From positions 3,332,303 to 3,396,302 of the forward strand of contig CM082582.2 of NCBI GenBank assembly GCA_040954595.2: a stretch of 64,000 bases of DNA, written 5' to 3'. The stretch comes from Balanoglossus misakiensis (taxonomy: Eukaryota > Animalia > Hemichordata). This document shows positions 1 through 12,000 of the stretch, one piece after another. Position 1 is the stretch's first letter; the number at the start of each line of letters is the position of its first letter. The notes under the pieces are model-generated. The model ran no database searches. It was given only the letters and a program-made list of their open reading frames with translations, and was not told the origin of the DNA. A program made the position numbers and the translations under genes.

Positions 1-76
1 GCTTTAATACAAACACGCAGACGATATCTATCCGTCAGTATTGCCGAGGTAACGTTGCAATATTGCTGCTGCATAC

Positions 77-3000
77 CCTAATCCGATCATTAGTCCTCTC
101 CAGCTGATAGGTCAGCACAGATGACAAATCCCCAAGAATGTCGTCAGAGAACGGAACATCCATGGTATCTTCATAAGCTGAAATGTGAAACAAAAACTGC
201 GATCCCATATCTGATGAATAATGTAAATATAACACACTCGAGTGATGTTCTGTTGACATTGTCACTCGACTTAAAGTTACGGCTATGTCGTCAGATCTAT
301 CGCTAAGAAACATTGTAGAATTGTCAGGTGACCGAAGGGCTGACACTCAAAGCCACCAAGAATCAATGTGCACAGGCTGTCCCTTGCGAAAGAAAGTGGC
401 TGAGTACAAAAGATTTACAATAAACCCTCTCTGGCTTTACCTGCTTCTGGGTAAGAGATGTCTAGAGAATGGACGTGTTCTCCGCTTTTGACCGTAACTG
501 TCTCCCCGCATGGATCGTATCGCAAAGAAACCTGGAGACTGTGGTGGAAGTGGGTGAGGAACTGAAGATCTGCGCAGCAATGCATCCCAAGACAGTCGTT
601 ATGAAATCTACAGAACACCGTTGCGCCCAGCGATGTATTTGTCAATGGGCAACCTGCACGAATATATATATCAGGAGGAAATTTTAGACAAGTCAAAATG
701 TAACTTGCTCGAATAAAAAAACTCTTGGTCAAAAGTAATCATTCAGATAACTCATGCTATTGTTGCAAGCTGGACCAAAGGATTCCCTTTGGCAGATCAT
801 AACAAACGTACTCAAGAAACAATTAAGCTACAGAAACTGCCAGTTCCATCTAAAGACACTGCTTCACCAAGACGTTTGATTTAAACGTTATAAAAGTCGT
901 GCATAATATTTCACCCTGGTCTCCTGTACACCAATAAAGAAACAAGACAGCTGTTTTGAGTCGGTTGTTTTTGGAAATTGGTTGCCGCCAAAATTTGAAA
1001 TTAAAATGAACATTTTCTGAAAGCACCTGTGTTTTATCTAGAGAAAAAAAACATTTGCAAACCCAGTGGGAACTTACTTGAATCGGGCGCCATGAATCGA
1101 GCGAGCAAATCATCCCGTGTTCCGGCCGTGGAAAGGTTCCTATTTTCAAGGTCCATTCTCAGCTGAACATTGTCCAGGCTTTCTGGCCTCACACATTTAA
1201 ATGAATCCTTTGCAATCTTGTGGTCAAATAATTGTATAGTATGCTTTGTTACTATTAGATTTGTCATTACAATATATAACTTCGTGGAAGTCTGCCTCTG
1301 TGTTTAATAAGTCCGGATTAAACCCCATGAGGTTTTGCAGGTACCCTATGTTGCTGACGGCCAGACTAAAAGTGTTACTGCTGTAGTTTTTCACCTTCCA
1401 ATAGACATGATATCATATGTCAGTGCCGTACTGTACAATACAGTGTACAAAACTCGAATAACATACATCCTTAACCTTCTGTTGTGGCTTAAAACGTCAG
1501 TGTTCATAATTCAATATACCATATCACTGACCTTTAAATCTTGGACCATTTTCTCCAGGTTAGCCTTCTCTTCATCCATACCGTTGTCTTCCAGATACTG
1601 GTACACATCGCTGAGTAAGATGTTTTGGACTTGGAAGTTAGGGTCGGGTCCCAGTTCGTCTGCTACCGGGATGTTGAGCGACTCCATATTAACTGTGGGT
1701 AATGTAATATTTTACATTTCATGTAGTAAAATGTTGACAAAAGCACACATCAACATATTGCTTACTTTATAGTAGACTAGGTTTGTAACTATGTATAAAG
1801 TAAATATTGGAAAAAACTTTACGGGCCTTATTCTTGTATAAGTAAGGTATATATTGCTGTGTATCGCCATCAAAACCCTTTCAAAATGTTCAGCAAAATA
1901 CAAAAGTATCTCCGAACAACTTGGTGAGATGCATTTGGCTCCTTGCAGTTACCATACTTTGTAACCTTTAAATCAATACGCGGTATCACGCTGTGTTTAC
2001 ATCTTACAGAATCGACCATGACGATGCTCCTTACCTTTAGGGACTGAACGCCTTCTGACCGCGTGTCTTTTTGCACCCAGACCCCTTGCACTATGGGCCT
2101 CCAGATATTCTGCTTTCAGTCGGGCACTCACAGATCTTTCCGGGGACGTGTCCACTAGTTCGGGTGGTCCGGCAAAATCGCCAAAATCAGATAACATACC
2201 CTGAAAACGGGGATCGTGATAATTAACGATTTGCGGTTGGTGGCCAGCTATAGGTAGCTACAGAATGTTGAAGAACATGTTGCACAATGCGAGGTGGACA
2301 ATTCGTGTTACAGCCTAGGTTTGTTGCGTTATTAGAATTTTAATTGAAAAGGGGTACAAATGTTAGTGACGATACTGTGAATAATGTTTTGCTTTTCACC
2401 ACCAAAATATAATGAGGATGTGATTCAGGTGTTGCCACATATTGACGTTAATCATGGCATTTTATTATCCAAATACTGTTGTTAAAACCTTTCACATTCT
2501 CCAAACCACAGCGACGAAAAAGCAGCTACACTTACCATCAAGGAGGTGGACATTGTGTTGTCGTCTTCCTCCCAGCCGGCTTTGCATTCTTTCTTTTCCA
2601 AGAAATACGTTGGGTCGTAGACCTTATCACCGCTCAGCGAGAGAATTGCTACGTGGATTATGTTTGGGCTACAGCCAGACCCTTGCACAGTGCCGAGAAC
2701 TTCTCCCTTGAAAACCTGTACGCGGGAAAGTAAAGTGGAATTACAATCGCAAAGGTTTAATACTTTGATTTTCGGGGAGCATAATACCTTAGCCACAGCA
2801 ACACTTATCCTAAGTCATTCTTACCGGATAGCCTTCCTTGCCATCAACCAATGTCATTGGCCACAACAAAACTTTGATATCCTGTACTTCATTGGAAACG
2901 CTGCTGTTTCCTATGATAATGGTAATTTCGTTCACATTGGTAGTATACGCTGTTCCGTCAAATGGCGTAACAATCTGTAATGTCAAGGCAAATTTGGTTA

Positions 3001-6000
3001 ACCAAATCACAATGTCAACACGAAAATGGTGAGTGAAATCTGGGATCGCTTTGGATACATTTATGTTCGGCGTACATTATTAATGAGCCATTCCAAGTCC
3101 CTGCCTAAACACAGCAGTAGCTTATGAGTACCATACCTCTGATCCTACAGCAATTTCCAGATCGATGCCTTCTGGGTTATCCACCGTTGTTGACGGGAAA
3201 AAGCCGTCGCCGCAGCTTCCGTCCGCGAAATCTCGAGGAAATTCCTTTGCCATTTTTGAACCAAACAGTTCATTTATCTTAGTGCGAGACTCGTCAAATC
3301 TGAAATCGGTGTGATAACGTGTACTAACGAGGGCACTGGTACTAAACGTCCAGATAACCATTAAAGATTTCAAGCGCATATAACTCAGTTGGAACTATTT
3401 TGTGATAATAAGATATCCATTGTTTAAATCATGAAAGTAGTTCCAGTCGTGTTACATTCAGTTTGTCGGTCTATGTACAACCGCCAGACATGGCGGCAGC
3501 AAGCTGCGCGGTCGTGGCGCCTGTCGGTACTGACGTCATATTTCAACAATGGCGTCCTGTGTGTTAGGACAATTCGCGCAAACGGGCTAGAACCCTGTTC
3601 AGGTTCGAGGGATTTGAAAGTCAAAGACACATGATGATTGATGATTGAATACACGTACCCTCGTTTGACGTCCTCGAACCCAATGCTCATGTCTTCCATT
3701 AAACCGACCATTTTGTCGTATGCATCCTGGAATGGAAGTGTAAAGTTTTTCAATCTGTCAAGTTGTGGTATCAGCATCTCGATCGTGTCGTTGACTTTAT
3801 CCAACAGAGAATTCTTTACATCAATCTGTAAAAGAATGGGAAATACTTCGTTTGAGGAAAAGCAACATTCTATTTTTCAGATTGTTTGGTCATTTTATTA
3901 CATATAGTAAACATGCGTTGACCTTGCTACTAATAATTAGATGCCAATCAATATTACAACCAAAGTGATGCATGATTAGCATTTGTCATTGCAATTTCAC
4001 ACGATGAACGATGTCTTTTCCCACACATTGTAGCAATTAGATAATGGGGCCGTTGATCTAACTTAGAGGATATTCCCAAGGAGAATATCATGGAGCGCAA
4101 TCCTTACCTCTTCCATGCCAGTAAATATTTTGACGGCGATATTGGAAGCTGTCTCATTCAGCTTGTCCTTTGCCTCTTGTATCGTGCCCTGAATGCCGGT
4201 CAGATCTCCGACGTACGTTTCCACAAGGCCTTCAAGGTCGAAGAAATAAGGCAATTCCCCATCTTTCAGTTTGGTTACATTCTCCACTTTGTCCATAACA
4301 TTCTGGATGGTCGCCATCGCATCTTCTGCCCTGCCAACGCCAACACGTTTACATGATGTTAGAAATATGTAATGCCGAAAATAACCACTGCAAGCATGGA
4401 CCGGAAGCTGACCAAAATGGCGCATTTCCGTTTCCTTGCCCGCATCTGCTACTCCCCCATCCCAGAATGCATCCTAATGCTGTGTATAAGTTGTCAACTA
4501 CAACAGCTTTTCGATTTAATAAGTGTGTACATGTAAATGCTAACCTTTCCATGACCTTTCTTAAATTTGAGATGGCAACATTCGGCGAATCGAATAACTG
4601 TTCGAGAGTGTCTTGCGCTGTTTCCATGGCACCCTGAATTTGTTCGATTGACCACGGAAGTTGTACTTCAATAGAGTCAACCAGGTCCTAGAAATAACAA
4701 AAGAGAAGAACTTTCATTGATACTCTTGTCTGCGATAAACAGGTGTATGTCATACAATATGACTGTTCGTTCAAAACTGAAGTGTCTGGAGTCAACTTCG
4801 TTTTGCTATACTTACATTAAAGAAATCTGTAACGTCCGTTTTCACGTCATTGAGCATTCCGCTGATCTGTTCAACCGTCGATTCCAGGTTTTCAAGCATT
4901 TCAGTTAGTCCTGATATGTCGCCTAGAATGTCTTCTACCGCTTGTCTGGCGGTGTCGCGCAAGCCTAGAACATCGTCAAGCATGTCTTGGAGACCAGCGA
5001 CGAGTTCTTCTACTGCCGCCATGGCGTTCTCTGCTCCTGAGAGGAAATCGTCGATGAAGGCTTCTAAGGGTTCTTTGATGTTGGTGATAACACCCTCGAC
5101 TATGAAGTCGTACGCTTCAGCAAGCTTTTCTTGAAGCCAGTACACTGAGTCCTGCAATATGCAAGGAGCGTCTTAGCAGTTGAAACAAATATATAAATTG
5201 ATGTTGCCCGTTGAATAATTCAAATTGCCCCATGTGGATATATATGCTTGCAGAGACGTGTGTTGAAAATGAGTGACTTGATTTTAATGCTACCATTCTT
5301 CAATAAGGTCATTACCGTATCTGAGCAAGTTGTGTAACTTTGGACCAGTATATTGATTATGCATGAATCATCTTTGTATAGAAATATATAATTCAGTTTC
5401 ATCCAGTTTGACACAGTAATGTCTGAAATATATAGGCTGCGATGGTTATGTGAATACTTTGCATGCAATGGTGTTGTAAGGATCGGAGGAAAACATGAAC
5501 CTGTAGAGGACACACACAAAAACAAACAAAAATACTGAATCTATCAAAATGTTACAGGTAATGTTTCTTGTACTTACCTGTAATATATTAATTCCTTCGA
5601 AATCAATAAGGCCTGTAATTCCTGTTTCAATGTTCAAAAATTCGTCCACTATATCCATCCAGCCGATGAGACCTTCTATTTTGGACATGATGTCTAACTC
5701 TATGCCGATTGAGCTCATAAGTGATTCTAGTGAGGGTTAGAAAACACAACTGAGACAGATCTCCACATTTGCGAAATCAGAGACATTGTGCAATTTACCA
5801 CTCCATGCTGAATTTTAAGTTTGTGACAATTTTGACATACTACTCGTGTTTTCTCTTTGTATCTGTACAATTTGAAGTAATGTAATTTACTTCAGTCATC
5901 TGTGATTTGTTCTGAGGGTGCAAAATAGTGCCATGCGTAAAACAAACACAAGTGTACACTTGGTGAATGATATATTCCCCAAAGATCTGGTTCGGTGTAA

Positions 6001-9000
6001 ATCGTTTGGGCTTGATGGTGAGATGAACCCGGTTTCACGTGATCAAGTAGCATATGGATGTTAAACAATGAATTGCTTACCTATGTCAAAACTGAAAGGA
6101 TTAATAGCTTCTACGTTGATATTTGCACCAAATAGAAAATCTCCAACAGGCAACTCCCAATTAAGGTCGGGTAGAGCCAGAACCTGTGACCCGAGGCCTC
6201 TTTTCGGCCTGGCCATACCTGTCGTGTTTCTATGTCTGTACAAAAATAGCAGCAAATGGAAAGACATCGTTCACCATTTACATTGTAATCTACAGTTGTG
6301 CAACATCCACCCTATTTATACGTCTAGCGCTCCCACGCAGCCATTATGAATGTTTAACTCAAAGCGGGGCCAATGGAGAAAAGTGGACCAATCACATCAA
6401 GGGTCGCGAAAAGTGTGTATCATGGGAAATAATTCTGATTCATATGGATATGTCAAATTTAGTAGGTAGAATCCAATCACATTATTACTTACTCGGTCTT
6501 TCTCTCCTGTTTTGAACCGTGTTGGTGGTTGGCATACTCTCGTAGTGCAACTCTGCGAATGGCTTTATTAGGATCGACCATTGCTCTCTCAAATAACAGT
6601 TTGGCAGCCTATTAATATGGCAGTAAGAGAAATACATGTACAAATAATGCCTTCTCATACTTTAGACTGCGTGTCGTGATTCAGTCATTCGGACTGTTAC
6701 CTGTGTCAAACACATGGGCTATACCCTTACCCCACTTTCAGTCTGACCATAATGATAAACTTGTCTTATTACAAAATAAATTCGTGATTGCGGAAGGTTT
6801 TGACAGTTAAGGCACATGTTAATTGCAACATGCAAAAAGGAGATAAACGTATACAATGTACAGTGATTTTGTGAACGTTTGAAAAAAAAAACATCCAATG
6901 CGTATCATTTGCAGTTATTAAAGGGATGTCATAAAAATAATTAAATAAAGAGATGAATCGCCTGAGATGTTGTTCACTTACATCTCTATGGGTGTATCTG
7001 GAAACAGCAGCTAGTGCTGCTCGCCTGAGTCGGTGTGGATACTTGGCATTCCTCAAATATTTGGCCAACAATGGAAACGAGGTATCGCTCCTCGAGTTGC
7101 CCAGTGACGCAATCTTGACGGCCACCCGTAAGGTTTTAAAGCGGTACTCCATTTCAGGTAGGACGGGGTTGTGGTTGTGATAAAAGTCTGGGTCTGAAAG
7201 TAACATTGCCTTGTTTAACTGGAATCGCCCCTGGATAAAGTTGTTTTAAAGTGAATGGGAAGATCAAATCTTTCTTTTTCTTACCGATGCAAAGTATGAG
7301 GTAGATTAGAACTGTGTCATAACAGAAAATGTGGTTCTAATCATTCATTGTCAATACTGAATCTGTATACATCTCGGCAGAGCGTTATATGCTGTAAGTG
7401 TCGTAGGTTGGTAGTTACTTTGAATGTTAGTTTGATTAAAGACATAAACACGTCAGCGGCGCCTAACAGAAGGAAACTATCGAGTCACCTCACTGATAAA
7501 CAAGTCATCGTCATCGATCTTGAAGAAGGTACAAGAGAACCTGAAACACGTACCACGATTTTCCAACTCCTTCTCGATTCGTCTCACAATCTGTAAGCCG
7601 GTCGCGTCATTCAACGACAGGTACGTGTGGGCCACAGCAGCAAGTACCAGGATTGCTCGATTTGTGACGCGGAACGTCTGGTATTCGTCTGTGGGATCAG
7701 GAAAATGATGACTTAGGAATCATGTTAAAACAATGCATGATGGGTAACTTTAAATTTCTGGACTATTGATATATCTTGTCTATAAATTACACAATGCTGC
7801 TCATGGGCCCTATATTCTAACAGTAATAAACTCAAACCCTCTGCACATACATGTACAAATGTCTGAACTCAAATGAGTTATACATCGAGGGGGTATGCCT
7901 TTGGTGGTGCTCACCATCAAACTTCAGTTTTTCTTCCATAGCAATGCCGGTCAGTGTCTCAAGGAACAGCTGAGGAGGTGCCTCGTCCAACGAAATAAAG
8001 TGTAGGAGAGCATCAGAAATCAGCCTTTCATCGGGCGACTTGGACAACAGGATCTTCTTCGTCAGTATCAGCTGGGACGCCGGCGTTGCCAATGTCCCCA
8101 GGACGTGCATCATGTTGTAGTTGTCGTGTTCCTCGTCATCATTCTGGAATTCCTGCTTGATGTACGTGTCGGCGAAGTACTCCAGGTCTTCGTCAGACAG
8201 CTTCGATAGCATCAGGCGGAGATGTTTAAAACAATTCAGGGCCAAGGGTGATTCTGGAAAGGGAGTAGAGAGAGAGGCTATTGCATATACCAGACAGATG
8301 CGGCGTACACAACCAGAAACTAATCTGTTTTTATCTTTGGTGGAGAACATGGGAAAGGAAGCCACTTGAGTATTAATTAAGAATACTGTACATGAAGCCA
8401 CCGGGGAAAAACATTAGCCAAGTCGTCATGTGTGGTAATTGCATACTGATTCCACACGGCTGGTTTCTGGAACTGGCCCTTTCTTGTAATGTATTTGAAC
8501 GCCAACCCAATCAGAGATTTGATCGATCGATCAAGCAAGCGAACAGTCAAATCAAGCCCTTATAAGACGAATGTACGGCATCCTTTGAACGGTTTCTTGC
8601 CACATTGACAAGATTCTTTGTCATATAGACCGTATGCTCTAATAATCACAGTAACACTATTGTTTCATTCGAAATTTAAGAAACGGTACTTAAATAAAGA
8701 CAATTAATTTTTCCTTAGTTCTGTGAACATATAGTCACGCTTACCGTTGACATCAAAATACCGTTCTCTGCGATGGTCTCGTATGCAGGAGACGTTGCCT
8801 TTAATATCATCCATCACTTTGTGAACTGGAACAGGTGGGTCTTGTATCTGTAATCACGTCAACATGGATAGTCATTGCAGAAAGCATGTCCATAATAAAT
8901 GCAGCGGTGATTAGGCATAGCTATCAAGAAATATGGCAATGGTGTCTAATACAACTGGACACAAACCTCTCTCAGCGTCAAGTCATCCTCAACCAGATTA

Positions 9001-12000
9001 TCAGGCATGTCCTCTTTAGACTGTTTGCGTTGATGACGTGTTCCGGTCAGTTTCACGTGTCCACTGGACGTCGTATCGGGAAAGGGATTTCCTAATTCAA
9101 TTGCAAAATACACATGCAGCAGACGTCAATTTCAGTTCTCATAAACACAACAAATATACTCGACTTAAAAAATTCCAACGGAAAACGACTGATGCCTGAA
9201 CTTGTCGGCAGCGTTACTCAGAAATAGTTAATTCGAGTCAATTAAATGGTGAATACCTGTGAACTCTTCTTCTGCTTCTCCTTCTTCATCCTTGTGATGT
9301 TCACCCTTCTCCGGAATCGACCTCTTCGAACGCTTCTTGAAGCTTGGAAGAGATTGCAATCGGCCGAGTATACATGTTAATAACCAAATGTTCTACCCTC
9401 TTATGTCCACATGCGTTACGTTAAAGATCAAAAGCTACGTGTATATCAAAGTTTTTACAAAATTTAGTGCCATATCCCTTAGTTTTCAAGCTTTGTCGTT
9501 TTAATTGCATTTTCGATAAGATAAGCTGTAATATCACAGAAAAATGTAAATGAAACTTCACAAATTCATTCTCAATGCGGCGTTATTCCCACACAATCAT
9601 GCACTGTTTACATTTTCATACTCTATCTTTGCCTTAGCCTTATCCTGCCATATGCTTTCCTTGACATTGCAAGACATGCCATATCTGCCATGTTGCGTTG
9701 ATGATACGTCAATCTTTGCCTTTCTGTCCAAAGATTTTTGATAAGCCTTCCTTCATTCGCTACTTCAACATTTGGCACTTACTTTTCACGTCCCTGTGGA
9801 TCGTCCAGCATGTGTTCCTTAACTTTGATGCTGTCAGGCATTTGTACATGTTCATCATACAAGATTTCCTACACATACACATAATGAAAGTATAAATCTA
9901 TGGTTCCAGCCATATATAACACTCATTAATGCGTCACCAAATATTGTGCATAAAATTAATTATCGCTTATATCCGATGTACCATGTTGTATATGCACAGG
10001 CCATGCAACAAAAGCTGGGTTGAAAAAGACACAATACCTTGGTATGTCCTCTATCGACCAGTGGTAAGTCGTTCCAGTGATCTAGCTTTCGGGTGAAATG
10101 AATTCCTTTATCAGTCGGTTTTGCCTCATACATAAATGTTGTGTTTCCTGACGTTAGGAAAGAAATGGTATGACGATATATAAGTTTTACAAAGCAGGAA
10201 AGTAGTTCAATCATGCGTGATGTAATAACCGGGAACCTTTTCGATCCTGACAATCCCTCTCCCAGTGTGTGTGATGGGTCAAATGTTGGAAAGAGCTCGT
10301 TTTTCACAATCCAACTAGCGCCAGCAAGGGGATTCTTCAAACCTGACAATGTTGTTTTATATGTGTACATTCACCAAAGCACAGCAATCTTAATATACAC
10401 ATTTGCCATTACATGAGATCTATGAACCACCTATTTGAAATATACCATTTTCCGAATTCAACAAAACCCTTGTGAAATCTTGCGTGACTAGTCAGTTCAT
10501 ATGGGGAGGATGTTTTCGTGTGACACATGACAATTCACATATGGCCCATAGTGTCAGACGGCACAAAAGTTACACGTTTTGTTAAACTTTGCAACTTTTC
10601 TAGTTTCATACAAAGCTCCACTTGCAATACTTTGCTAGCAACCTGTTACTGCGGCAGTTAACCAAGTTTTGAGAGTTCTCGATATTGTCGAAAAACTACT
10701 TTACTTATGTACCTTCGTGAATGCTTTCATTGACCTGGTACGACCAGTGGCGACCGGCCTTTGCTGTCATCGGTGTTGTATGGAGCTTCGCTGACAGAAG
10801 GCCGACGAGAGTCTTCTTCATGTTGACTACTTCATGGTCCTCATCATCGGGGTAAAAAACGGTATGAATTTCGCCATGGGGAGATATCAATATGGAAAAC
10901 CTGGGAAACAGAAAAGCAAACAAGGGTCAGATTTTAAGCCGGTCTGGTCGATAGATATACATGTACATATCTTGGCTTTGGTGTATTTACCAAATTGGCA
11001 TATTTCAGGAAATCAATGCGGTCATCTAAATTCCCACATCTGGGTAGTTGTTGAAGTGGGCTTTTTCATCAATGTTGTAAAGAATAGACCCTTTGTATAC
11101 GGAACTCCTTATTGGGAAACAAAGGAGCCAGAAACAAAGGGCAATTGTGTATAACATGTGCCCCCTTTAGACAATAGATAGAATAATGATCCAGATACGT
11201 CTCTAGCTGTGGTTAGGATATCGCGCCCACAACAAACTTATATTTTGAAGATATTTTCAATAATAACGGCGTGTCTATTCAAAATCATTTAATTCACAAA
11301 TGCCTGCTCGAAGATAAAATCTGTACATTACGAATCATGTCAGAGTCACAGTGCCTACTCACCATCCATCCAGGTCAGTGTTGGAACCAACATCAGGGTC
11401 AACAACTTCTGGTGATCATATGCAAAGGGAGATAATGAATAAGTGTATAAAAATAAAACAATTTGAACTGGGTGTCAGGCAATTCCCACGTAATGGATCG
11501 CGTGACATTACCTCAACGTTTTCCGTCAGATTGTGTTAATTTAATTCCCCCTACTTATCCGCATCAAATGCACAAACGTATATGATAAAACCGCACACTC
11601 AATATGGCAATAGCTTAATGTGTCATATTGACGACAGGGTCTTGTTTAAGAGTACTTCCTCTATACAGCAGTTTCATCTGTTAACACGTTCTGCTTTCCT
11701 TTGCCACACAATTTCGAACAAATGTTAGGCCCAGCATTTGAGCGCACATACCTTTTCGCTATGCAATCATTAGATACTAGAGTAGGGATATCCCATATGT
11801 AGATTCGATTCGTAAAGCCGAAACACGTATGTTTGTTTCTATGGCACAAGACGGAAAAAGCATGGAGGGCAACCGGTAGCGTGTTTGAGGTTTATCAACT
11901 GTTCATAACATACCTCCATTTCCTTCTCGCTTCAGCAGTACGTGGTATTTATTGACAGTCACTAAGCAATGAAAACCATTTACCAGTTCTTCAATCAGAT

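Noticed and set aside
7488-7553. Alternative extension of LLT exon 11 (GTCFRFSCTFFKIDDDDLFISE) spliced to an acceptor at 7230
   Set aside because: Phase-compatible, but the 7554 donor with the 7193 acceptor (TTACTTTCAG) gives better splice signals. Needs cDNA to exclude.
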